From Escherichia phage ECp13: 64,000 nt of DNA. Made by a program: the position numbers and the translations under genes. A model generated the notes under the pieces. It was given only the letters and a program-made list of their open reading frames with translations. It made no database searches and was not told the DNA's origin. The stretch's first letter is position 1, and every line of letters starts with the position of its first letter. The DNA lies in sequence record PP274704.1; one strand, 5' to 3'. Below are positions 36,801-45,371 of the stretch, one piece after another.

Positions 36801-38618
36801 ATGATTAAGAATGAAATTAAAATTCTGAGCGATATTGAACATATCAAAAAGCGTAGCGGCATGTACATTGGCTCTTCCGCTAATGAAATGCATGAGCGCT
36901 TTCTGTTTGGTAAATGGGAAAGTGTTCAGTATGTACCTGGTCTTGTTAAGCTTATTGATGAAATTATCGATAACTCAGTAGATGAAGGTATTCGTACTAA
37001 GTTTAAATTCGCGAATAAAATTAATGTTACTATCAAAAACAATCAAGTAACAGTTGAAGATAACGGTCGTGGTATTCCACAAGCGATGGTTAAAACACCT
37101 ACTGGTGAAGAAATTCCCGGTCCTGTTGCCGCCTGGACTATTCCAAAAGCAGGTGGTAACTTCGGTGATGATAAAGAACGTGTCACTGGCGGTATGAACG
37201 GTGTTGGTTCTAGTTTAACTAACATTTTTTCTGTGATGTTTGTCGGTGAAACTGGCGACGGTCAAAATAATATTGTAGTTCGTTGTTCAAATGGCATGGA
37301 AAATAAATCATGGGAAGATATTCCCGGAAAATGGAAAGGAACTCGTGTTACTTTCATTCCTGATTTTATGTCATTTGAAACTAATGAGCTGTCTCAAGTT
37401 TATCTTGACATTACACTGGATCGTCTCCAGACACTTGCAGTAGTTTATCCTGATATTCAATTTACCTTTAATGGTAAAAAGGTTCAGGGTAATTTTAAGA
37501 AATATGCACGCCAATATGATGAGCATGCTATTGTTCAAGAACAAGAAAATTGTTCTATTGCGGTTGGTCGTTCACCAGATGGTTTTCGTCAATTAACATA
37601 CGTCAATAACATTCATACTAAGAATGGTGGCCATCACATTGACTGCGTTATGGATGATATTTGTGAAGACCTTATTCCACAAATCAAACGTAAGTTCAAA
37701 ATTGATGTAACTAAAGCACGTGTTAAAGAATGTTTGACTATCGTTATGTTTGTTCGTGATATGAAAAACATGCGATTTGATTCTCAGACTAAAGAGCGTT
37801 TGACTTCTCCATTTGGTGAAATTCGTAGTCATATTCAGCTTGATGCTAAAAAGATTTCACGTGCTATTTTAAATAATGAAGCAATTTTAATGCCAATTAT
37901 TGAAGCTGCCTTGGCTCGTAAATTGGCAGCAGAAAAAGCAGCAGAAACTAAAGCAGCTAAAAAGGCTTCTAAAGCTAAGGTTCATAAACATATTAAAGCG
38001 AATCTTTGTGGTAAAGACGCTGACACTACTCTTTTCTTGACTGAGGGTGATTCTGCTATCGGATATCTTATTGATGTTCGTGATAAAGAACTTCATGGTG
38101 GTTATCCATTGCGTGGTAAAGTTCTCAACAGTTGGGGTATGTCATATGCTGATATGCTTAAAAACAAAGAACTGTTTGATATTTGTGCAATTACTGGATT
38201 AGTTCTTGGTGAAAAAGCTGAAAACTTGAATTATCATAATATTGCTATTATGACCGATGCTGACCATGATGGTCTAGGAAGCATTTATCCTTCTCTGCTC
38301 GGATTTTTTAGTAATTGGCCAGAACTGTTTGAACAAGGAAGAATTCGCTTCGTCAAAACTCCTGTAATCATCGCTCAGGTCGGTAAAAAACAAGAATGGT
38401 TTTATACAGTCGCTGAATATGAGAGTGCCAAAGATGCTCTACCTAAACATAGCATCCGTTATATTAAGGGACTTGGCTCTTTGGAAAAATCTGAATATCG
38501 TGAGATGATTCAAAACCCAGTATATGATGTTGTTAAACTTCCTGAGAACTGGAAAGAGCTTTTTGAAATGCTCATGGGAGATAATGCTGACCTTCGTAAA
38601 GAATGGATGAGCCAATAG
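36801..38618 (+). CDS. 39: Topoisomerase II large subunit gp39, uninterrupted full-length form (includes the part T4 encodes as gene 60)
   Basis: 605 aa; GHKL ATPase N-domain; TOPRIM LTEGDSAIGY; PLRGK. Confidence 0.9.
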   Translation: MIKNEIKILSDIEHIKKRSGMYIGSSANEMHERFLFGKWESVQYVPGLVKLIDEIIDNSVDEGIRTKFKFANKINVTIKNNQVTVEDNGRGIPQAMVKTPTGEEIPGPVAAWTIPKAGGNFGDDKERVTGGMNGVGSSLTNIFSVMFVGETGDGQNNIVVRCSNGMENKSWEDIPGKWKGTRVTFIPDFMSFETNELSQVYLDITLDRLQTLAVVYPDIQFTFNGKKVQGNFKKYARQYDEHAIVQEQENCSIAVGRSPDGFRQLTYVNNIHTKNGGHHIDCVMDDICEDLIPQIKRKFKIDVTKARVKECLTIVMFVRDMKNMRFDSQTKERLTSPFGEIRSHIQLDAKKISRAILNNEAILMPIIEAALARKLAAEKAAETKAAKKASKAKVHKHIKANLCGKDADTTLFLTEGDSAIGYLIDVRDKELHGGYPLRGKVLNSWGMSYADMLKNKELFDICAITGLVLGEKAENLNYHNIAIMTDADHDGLGSIYPSLLGFFSNWPELFEQGRIRFVKTPVIIAQVGKKQEWFYTVAEYESAKDALPKHSIRYIKGLGSLEKSEYREMIQNPVYDVVKLPENWKELFEMLMGDNADLRKEWMSQ

Positions 38619-38650
38619 TTTACTTTACCACAAGGATGTGGTATAATTAA
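38610..38650 (+). promoter_or_regulatory. Early promoter (GTTTAC, 18 nt, TATAAT)
   Basis: tagtttactttaccacaaggatgtggtataat. Confidence 0.55.
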
Positions 38651-38672
38651 TTGGGCAAATGAGGATATTGAA

Positions 38673-38876
38673 ATGAAATCATATAGAGTAAATTTAGAAC
38701 TTTTTGATAAAGCAGTTCATCGAGAATATAGAATCATTCAACGCTTTTTCGATATGGGAGAAGCTGAAGAGTTTAAAAACCGCTTTAAGGATATTAGAGA
38801 TAAAATTCAATCCGACACCGCAACTAAAGATGAACTACTAGAAGTTGCTGAAGTTATTAAACGCAATATGAATTAA
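38673..38876 (+). CDS. Hypothetical protein (67 aa), rIIA.1 position
   Basis: ORF track; GAGGATATTG SD. Confidence 0.5.
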   Translation: MKSYRVNLELFDKAVHREYRIIQRFFDMGEAEEFKNRFKDIRDKIQSDTATKDELLEVAEVIKRNMN

Positions 38877-38886
38877 TGAGGAAATT

Positions 38887-41063
38887 ATGATTATCACCAC
38901 TGAAAAAGAAACAATTCTTGGTAATGGTTCTAAATCAAAAGCATTTAGCATCACAGCATCTCCTAAAGTATTCAAAATTCTGTCATCTGATTTGTATACA
39001 AACAAGATTCGCGCAGTAGTCCGTGAATTGATTACCAACATGATTGATGCCCATGCTCTCAATGGAAATCCTGAAAAATTTATCATTCAAGTTCCAGGAC
39101 GATTAGATCCGCGATTTGTTTGTCGAGATTTTGGTCCAGGTATGAGCGATTTTGATATTCAAGGTGATGATAATTCTCCTGGGTTGTATAATTCATACTT
39201 TAGTTCATCTAAGGCTGAATCTAACGATTTCATTGGTGGATTTGGTTTAGGTTCTAAATCTCCGTTTAGTTATACTGATACATTTAGTATTACTTCATAT
39301 CATAAAGGCGAAATTCGTGGTTATGTAGCTTACATGGATGGCGATGGTCCACAAATTAAACCTACATTTGTAAAAGAAATGGGTCCAGATGATAAAACTG
39401 GTATTGAAATCGTAGTTCCAGTTGAAGAAAAAGACTTTAGAAACTTTGCTTATGAAGTTTCTTATATCATGCGACCATTCAAAGATTTAGCTATCATTAA
39501 TGGTCTTGACCGCGAAATTGATTATTTTCCGGATTTTGATGACTATTACGGCGTAAATCCAGAAAGATACTGGCCAGATCGTGGTGGATTGTATGCTATC
39601 TATGGCGGTATTGTTTATCCTATCGATGGTGTTATTAGAGACCGTAACTGGTTAAGCATCCGTAATGAAGTGAATTACATTAAGTTTCCAATGGGTTCAC
39701 TTGATATTGCTCCATCACGCGAAGCTCTTTCACTAGATGATCGTACTCGTAAAAATATTATTGAGCGTGTTAAAGAGCTTAGTGAGAAGGCATTCAATGA
39801 AGATGTAAAACGATTTAAAGAATCTACATCTCCTCGTCATACATACCGTGAATTGATGAAGATGGGATATTCTGCTCGAGATTATATGATTAGTAATTCA
39901 GTCAAATTTACGACTAAAAATCTGTCATATAAGAAGATGCAAAGCATGTTTGAACCAGATAGTAAGCTATGCAATGCAGGAGTTGTGTATGAAGTAAATC
40001 TTGACCCTCGACTGAAACGCATTAAGCAAAGTCATGAAACTTCAGCCGTTGCATCAAGTTATCGTCTGTTCGGTATTAATACAACAAAAATTAATATCGT
40101 TATTGATAATATTAAAAATCGCGTTAATATTGTCCGTGGATTAGCGCATGCGTTAGATGATAAAGAATTTAATAACACTTTAAATATTCATCACAACGAG
40201 CGTCTTCTGTTTATTAATCCGGAAGTAGAATCGCAGATTGATTTACTCCCTGATATTATGGCAATGTTTGAAAGTGATGAAGTTAACTTCATCACTTGTC
40301 AGAAATTGAAGCTTTAGTTAAAAGTTATATTCCGAAGGCAGTTAAAAGTAAAGCTCCTCGTCCTAAAGCTGCTACTGCGTTTAAGTTTGAAATTAAAGAC
40401 GGGCGCTGGGAAAAAGAGGAACTGTTTACACTTACGTCAGAAGCAGATGAAATTACTGGTTATGTAGCATACATGCATCGTTCTGATATTTTCTCTATGG
40501 ATGGTACTACATCGCTCTGTAATCCGTCTACGAGTATTTTGACTCGTATGGCTAATCTTATTGGCATTAATGAATTTTATGTTATTCGTCCACTTTTGCA
40601 GAAAAAGGTAAAAGAACTTGGTCAGTGCCAATGTATTTTTGAAACTCTACGTGATTTATATGTAGATGCTTTTGATGATGTAGATTATGATAAGTATGTA
40701 GGTTATTCAAGTTCAGCTAAACGATATATTGATAAAATTATCAAGTATCCTGAGTTAGATTTTATGATGAAGTACTTCAGTGTAGATGAAGTTTCCGAAG
40801 AATATACACGACTCGCTAATATGGTTAGTTCATTACAGGGTGTATATTTCAACTGTGGAAAAGATACCATCGGTCATGACATCTGGACAGTAACTAATCT
40901 TTTTGATGTATTATCAAACAATGCTTCAAAAAACAGTGATAAAATGGTTACTGAGTTTACTAAGAAATTCCGTATTGTTTCCGACTTCATCGGTTATCGC
41001 AACTCTTTAAGTGATGATGAAGTTTCCCAAATCGCTAAAACTATGAAGGCCCTTGCGGCCTAA
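38887..41063 (+). pseudogene. rIIA: rIIA, split by apparent 1-nt deletion between 40284 and 40296
   Basis: ORF 38887..40317 (476 aa) plus ORF 40296..41063 (255 aa) together match remembered 725 aa rIIA; frame changes at ...FESDEV / [10 protein letters not shown]. Confidence 0.7.
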
Positions 41064-41074
41064 TAAGGAAAATT

Positions 41075-42013
41075 ATGTACAATATTAAATGCCTGACCAA
41101 AAACGAACAATCTGAAATTGTCAAACTGTATTCAAGTGGTAATTACACCCAACAGGAATTGGCTGATTGGCAAGGTGTATCGGTGGACACAATCCGTCGT
41201 GTTTTGAAAAATGCTGAAGAAGCTGAGCGCTCTAAAGTTACTATTAGTGGTGATATTACAGTTAAAGTTAATAGCGATGCAGTTATTGCTCCAGTTGCTA
41301 AATCTGACATTATTTGGAATGCATCTAAAAAATTCATTTCAATTACTGTTGACGGTGTAACTTATAACGCAACTCCTAATACTCATTCAAACTTCCAGGA
41401 AATTCTTAATCTGCTTGTTGCAGATAAATTGGAAGAAGCGGCACAAAAAATTAATGTTCGACGCGCTGTTGAAAAATATATTTCCGGTGATGTTCGAATT
41501 GAAGGTGGAAGCTTGTTCTATCAAAATATTGAATTGCGATCTGGTTTAGTTGATCGTATTCTCGATTCGATGGAAAAAGGCGAAAACTTTGAATTTTATT
41601 TTCCGTTCTTGGAAAATCTGTTGGAAAACCCGAGCCAAAAAGCGGTATCTCGACTCTTTGATTTCTTGGTAGCAAACGATATTGAAATCACAGAAGATGG
41701 TTACTTCTATGCTTGGAAAGTAGTTCGCAGTAATTACTTTGATTGTCATTCAAATACTTTTGATAACAGTCCTGGTAAAGTAGTTAAAATGCCACGTACT
41801 CGTGTGAATGACGATGATACACAAACTTGTTCTCGTGGTCTGCATGTGTGTTCTAAATCTTATATTCGTCACTTTGGCAGTTCAACCAGCCGAGTTGTAA
41901 AAGTTAAAGTACATCCTCGCGATGTAGTATCAATTCCGATTGATTACAATGATGCTAAAATGCGTACCTGCCAATACGAAGTAGTTGAAGACGTTACTGA
42001 ACAATTTAAATAA
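41075..42013 (+). CDS. rIIB: rIIB
   Basis: 312 aa; MYNIKCLTKNEQSEIVKLYSSGNYTQQELADWQGVS matches remembered T4 rIIB. Confidence 0.8.
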   Translation: MYNIKCLTKNEQSEIVKLYSSGNYTQQELADWQGVSVDTIRRVLKNAEEAERSKVTISGDITVKVNSDAVIAPVAKSDIIWNASKKFISITVDGVTYNATPNTHSNFQEILNLLVADKLEEAAQKINVRRAVEKYISGDVRIEGGSLFYQNIELRSGLVDRILDSMEKGENFEFYFPFLENLLENPSQKAVSRLFDFLVANDIEITEDGYFYAWKVVRSNYFDCHSNTFDNSPGKVVKMPRTRVNDDDTQTCSRGLHVCSKSYIRHFGSSTSRVVKVKVHPRDVVSIPIDYNDAKMRTCQYEVVEDVTEQFK

Positions 42014-42030
42014 GGGCTTCGGCCCTTAAC
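42011..42030 (+). terminator. Hairpin GGGC-UUCG-GCCC
   Basis: taagggcttcggccctt overlapping rIIB stop. Confidence 0.45.
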
Positions 42031-42041
42031 TAAGGAAAATT

Positions 42042-42236
42042 ATGTTAGGTTATCAAGCACGAGTAAAAGAAGAATACGATCAATTAATGCTCAAAATTAA
42101 TGCACTGAGCAAATTTTTAGAAAGCACAAAGTTTCTAACGATTAATGAAGTTGAGCAAGAACTGCTGCTTTCGCAGCTCATCTCAATGAAATCTTACGCA
42201 GATTGTTTAGAAAAAAGAATTGCACAATTCAAATAA
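42042..42236 (+). CDS. Hypothetical protein (64 aa)
   Basis: ORF track; AAGGAAAA SD. Confidence 0.45.
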   Translation: MLGYQARVKEEYDQLMLKINALSKFLESTKFLTINEVEQELLLSQLISMKSYADCLEKRIAQFK

Positions 42237-42239
42237 AAT

Positions 42240-42262
42240 AAGGGGCTTCGGCCCTTTTGTTT
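42240..42262 (+). terminator. Intrinsic terminator GGGC-UUCG-GCCC plus T4
   Basis: aaggggcttcggcccttttg. Confidence 0.6.
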
Positions 42263-42274
42263 TAAGGAAAAATT

Positions 42275-42604
42275 ATGATTTATTGTATGAATATCGGTGA
42301 TTCCGACATAAAAGAGATTAAACTGCACGGAAATCATCATGCTAATATTGTGTACTGCAATAAATTTGAGTTTGGTCACGAAAAACTTGGGTTTCTTTAC
42401 TGCAATGATATTATAGTCATGGATAAAAAGGAACTCGATGAACTTGACCATGAGTCTTTAGATGAAAATGACCGAATTTATTACGGCACTCTTAAAGTAT
42501 ATAACGCTTATCTCAGCGGTAAAAAGGAAAGTCTAAATGCAGAAAACGAATCCGGGTTTACAGAGACTATTTCAGATTCCGACATTTACCCTATCGAACA
42601 GTGA
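42275..42604 (+). CDS. Hypothetical protein (109 aa); 3' end overlaps denB by 68 nt
   Basis: ORF track; AAGGAAAAA SD. Confidence 0.45.
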   Translation: MIYCMNIGDSDIKEIKLHGNHHANIVYCNKFEFGHEKLGFLYCNDIIVMDKKELDELDHESLDENDRIYYGTLKVYNAYLSGKKESLNAENESGFTETISDSDIYPIEQ

Positions 42605-43094
42605 CTTGACTAGTGAAATGAAGGTCAAAATTGCTGATACAGCAAGATACTCTTTAAAACAAAATCCAAATCAGGATAAAGCAGAAGTTATTGAAAGATG
42701 TCGTATCGCGGTGTACGCAGAATTTTTTGTAGCAGATTGGCTAAGTGGGTATGTTAACAAAGGCCAAGAAGATGTTAATGACCCGTATACATATGCATGG
42801 GATGTATTGGCGCATCCAAGATACTGCGGGCTTCGTGTAGAAGTTAAGACACATCAAACTGACTCACGTTGGATTTCTGTAACAACAGGATGCAGCGGAG
42901 AGTATCCATATGGTTCTGGAATAAATCTAGGGCCCATTCTGAATCATCAGGTCGCTGACTGTATAATTATATTCAACACTAAAGAAATTCATCCAGGTGT
43001 CATCCAGTACACTCCGAAGTTCATTGGTGATAGAGAAGACCTTCGTAAGGTTGTAAGAAAAAGCAACTACAACGGATGGTATCTTTCCATTTAA
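42537..43094 (+). CDS. denB: Endonuclease IV DenB (probable, by length and position)
   Basis: 185 aa ATG ORF with AGGAAA SD between rIIB and ndd. Confidence 0.55.
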   Translation: MQKTNPGLQRLFQIPTFTLSNSDLTSEMKVKIADTARYSLKQNPNQDKAEVIERCRIAVYAEFFVADWLSGYVNKGQEDVNDPYTYAWDVLAHPRYCGLRVEVKTHQTDSRWISVTTGCSGEYPYGSGINLGPILNHQVADCIIIFNTKEIHPGVIQYTPKFIGDREDLRKVVRKSNYNGWYLSI

Positions 43095-43145
43095 AAAATT
43101 TTCACAAAACGGTTTACATACCACAAGGACTGTGGTACTATACAA
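43095..43145 (+). promoter_or_regulatory. Early promoter cassette (GTTTAC, 18 nt, TACTAT) with conserved upstream AAAATTTTCACAAAACG
   Basis: Same cassette family at 46885-46935 and 63565-63612. Confidence 0.55.
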
Positions 43146-43175
43146 CTATCAACTGATACGGATTTGGAGAATAAA

Positions 43176-43382
43176 ATGTTTACTACAGCTGAATTAAAAC
43201 GAGCAAAAGCTAAGAAAGGGCAAGGAAAATATAAAGCTGAATTAGTTAAAGAACTTCAGTTTGCTGAGGCTGAATTGAATTCAATGATTATTCAAAATGC
43301 TCCAGAAACTGAAATTGCTCTTAAACGTATTGCGAATAAGTGTCTTCGTGATGCAATCGTCGATCTTTTAGCAGATTATTGA
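43176..43382 (+). CDS. Hypothetical protein (68 aa)
   Basis: ATG with GGAGAATAAA SD; track start 43164 is TTG. Confidence 0.5.
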   Translation: MFTTAELKRAKAKKGQGKYKAELVKELQFAEAELNSMIIQNAPETEIALKRIANKCLRDAIVDLLADY

Positions 43383-43589
43383 GTAAAATGAAAATCATTG
43401 AGATTGAACTATGAGTTCATTGTGGTGGTGTTTTGTTTGGTTAATTAGTATTCCATTAATTTGTTTAACATTTACTTTTGTAATGAGGTTATTATGAAAA
43501 TTTTGAATTCTGTGCTTATTGCTTGTGCGTGGTGGGTTGCGCAAGTTTCGGCAGTGGTGATTGGTATTCACATTTATTACGAATATTTT

Positions 43590-43632
43590 TAAAAAAGTTG
43601 TTTACAAGACTGTTCCTCTGTGGTATTATTAC
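43590..43632 (+). promoter_or_regulatory. Early promoter, near-identical copy of the 16870-16915 cassette
   Basis: aaagttGTTTACaagactgttcctctgtggTATTATtac. Confidence 0.55.
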
Positions 43633-43657
43633 CCTATCAACTACGGAGGAACAGAAA

Positions 43658-43771
43658 ATGAAAAAGATTGTTAAAGCTATATGGAATGTAGTTATAATAC
43701 TAGTAGTTTTGAGTATATTCCCAATCGTTTTAATGATTGATGTATTAAACGCTTACTTTGGATTTATGTGA
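43658..43771 (+). CDS. Hypothetical membrane peptide (37 aa)
   Basis: ATG with GGAGGAACAG SD; single predicted TM helix. Confidence 0.4.
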   Translation: MKKIVKAIWNVVIILVVLSIFPIVLMIDVLNAYFGFM

Positions 43772-43778
43772 GGAAAAT

Positions 43779-43976
43779 ATGAAGCGTAAACGCAGTGCTT
43801 TTACATTTATTGAATGGTTTTTCGATAATATTTTTCCAGCTTTATTCATTTTCATGCTGATTTTTGCCTTAGGTTCAGTTGTAGTTGGAATTTATTTGAT
43901 GGCAGTTGTCGGAATGGACATTCATCAAAATGGCTTAAAATCTGTTGTTGAAACAATTTGGAATGGTGTAAAATAA
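43779..43976 (+). CDS. Hypothetical membrane protein (65 aa)
   Basis: ATG with GAGGAAAA SD; in frame with ORF track 43758..43976. Confidence 0.45.
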   Translation: MKRKRSAFTFIEWFFDNIFPALFIFMLIFALGSVVVGIYLMAVVGMDIHQNGLKSVVETIWNGVK

Positions 43977-44091
43977 TGAATTTACTAAGCATTTGGTTTT
44001 ATATTTTCATGTTTTACGTTGGTGCAAATTTTCCGTATTGGATGGGATGGTCAACAACTGCATTTGGATTTTATACTCCCTGAGGTGAATT

Positions 44092-44307
44092 ATGAAAATT
44101 TTTAAAGATGTAAAAGTTGGTGAAATTTTTTGCTTGGATAGTGGTGATCAGTTAATTCGTATTTCACCTCTTAAGAGCACTAGCGAGAAAATGACAGTTA
44201 ATGCTACTTTAGCAAATAACAGTAATGAACGTTTCTGTATTGAAAACGATACTGAAACTTATACTGTAGAAGAGTTCTGGGAATTGAGCGTCGACTGCGA
44301 CGATTAA
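44092..44307 (+). CDS. Hypothetical protein (71 aa)
   Basis: ORF track; GAGGTGAA SD. Confidence 0.5.
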   Translation: MKIFKDVKVGEIFCLDSGDQLIRISPLKSTSEKMTVNATLANNSNERFCIENDTETYTVEEFWELSVDCDD

Positions 44308-44366
44308 TTTATCGGCCGTGTGTATTCATGCGGCCTTGGAGTAGAAAATAATTAGAGGAAATTAAT

Positions 44367-44822
44367 ATGAAATACATGACTGTTACTGATTTGAATAATG
44401 CAGGTGCTACTGTTATTGGTACAATCAAGGGCGGTGAATGGGTTTTTGGAACTCCACATAAAGACATTTTATCTACACCTGGATTTTACTTTTTAGTGAG
44501 TAAATTTGGTGGTCCATTTGATAGTCCGTGTGTATCTGCACGATTTTATGTAGGTAATCAGCGTTCTAAGCAAGGATTCAGTGCAGTTCTAAGTCATATT
44601 CGTCAGCGTCGGTCTCAGCTTGCGCGTACTATTGCAAATAATAATGTTCCATATACAGTATTTTATCTTCCTGCTTCTAAGATGAAACCTTTGACGACAG
44701 GATTTGGAAAAGGTCAGTTAGCTTTAGCGTTTACTCGTAATCATCATTCTGAGTATCAAACACTTGAAGAAATGAATCGTATGTTGGCTGATAACTTTAA
44801 ATTTGTTTTACAGGCATACTAA
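44367..44822 (+). CDS. ndd: Nucleoid disruption protein Ndd
   Basis: 151 aa; position and length as T4 ndd. Confidence 0.75.
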   Translation: MKYMTVTDLNNAGATVIGTIKGGEWVFGTPHKDILSTPGFYFLVSKFGGPFDSPCVSARFYVGNQRSKQGFSAVLSHIRQRRSQLARTIANNNVPYTVFYLPASKMKPLTTGFGKGQLALAFTRNHHSEYQTLEEMNRMLADNFKFVLQAY

Positions 44823-44995
44823 TGAAAGCTCTATTTGTAATGGGTTACCTATTAGTTTTAGCCTTATTCACAGTGACCGGAATCTTTATGGCTTTAGGTC
44901 TACCTCTTAATGATAATGCGGCTGTCGTGATGTGTGTAGGTGGCGGATTTATCTGTTTTGAACGTTTATGCAAAATGTGTGGTGTGTATGAGTAA
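44822..44995 (+). CDS. Hypothetical membrane protein (57 aa)
   Basis: ATG overlapping ndd stop; hydrophobic. Confidence 0.4.
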
Positions 44996-45068
44996 TTTCC
45001 ATAACGAACATGTGATGCAGTTCTATCGTAACAATCTTAAAACCAAAGGCGTCTTCGGACGCCAGTGA
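44988..45068 (+). CDS. stp: Stp peptide (26 aa), activator of host PrrC anticodon nuclease
   Basis: [26 protein letters not shown], 26 codons, next to ac and 52. Confidence 0.75.
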
Positions 45069-45075
45069 GGAAAAT

Positions 45076-45234
45076 ATGAATATCGCAAAATTATTAGGAG
45101 TTATTTCATTTATTTGTTGGATAGTAGCATGTGTTTTAACTATCTGTATCGATGCTAGCAGTGTGTTTTCACAAGCTTTAGCCCAGGGTATGTGTGCATA
45201 TTTAACATTTGTGTTGTTATCTACTAATGATTAA
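45076..45234 (+). CDS. ac: Ac (acridine sensitivity) membrane protein, probable
   Basis: 52 aa hydrophobic ORF with GAGGAAAA SD between stp and 52. Confidence 0.6.
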   Translation: MNIAKLLGVISFICWIVACVLTICIDASSVFSQALAQGMCAYLTFVLLSTND

Positions 45235-45367
45235 GAAAATCTTGGGCTATTCATTAGCCCTTGCTACTTTATTGGTAGCACTATATTATGGAGTAATGTT
45301 CGGATTAATTCAAGTCGTGCTTTTCATTTCTGATGTTATTATGGCACTACATTCACTAGTATGGTAA
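45227..45367 (+). CDS. Hypothetical membrane peptide (46 aa), 52.1 position
   Basis: ATG overlapping ac stop; ends 4 nt before gene 52. Confidence 0.4.
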   Translation: MIKKILGYSLALATLLVALYYGVMFGLIQVVLFISDVIMALHSLVW

Positions 45368-45371
45368 ATTT

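Larger units (their letters stand above)
43388..44310 (+). other. Island of tandem tiny ORFs, mostly hydrophobic (ndd.x-like hypervariable region)
   Basis: ATG ORFs at 43411-43497 (28 aa), 43494-43592 (32 aa), 43658-43771 (37 aa), 43779-43976 (65 aa), 43976-44083 (35 aa), 44092-44307 (71 aa). Confidence 0.4.

Noticed and set aside
36302-36868. 188-codon minus-strand ORF
   Set aside because: Antisense to three well-supported plus-strand genes (36095..36466, lipoprotein 36471..36731, start of gene 39); shadow ORF with no ribosome binding site.
45048-45063. GGCGUC-UUCG-GACGCC hairpin that resembles a terminator
   Set aside because: It lies inside the stp coding sequence and is not followed by a T-run; more likely an RNA structural element than a terminator.
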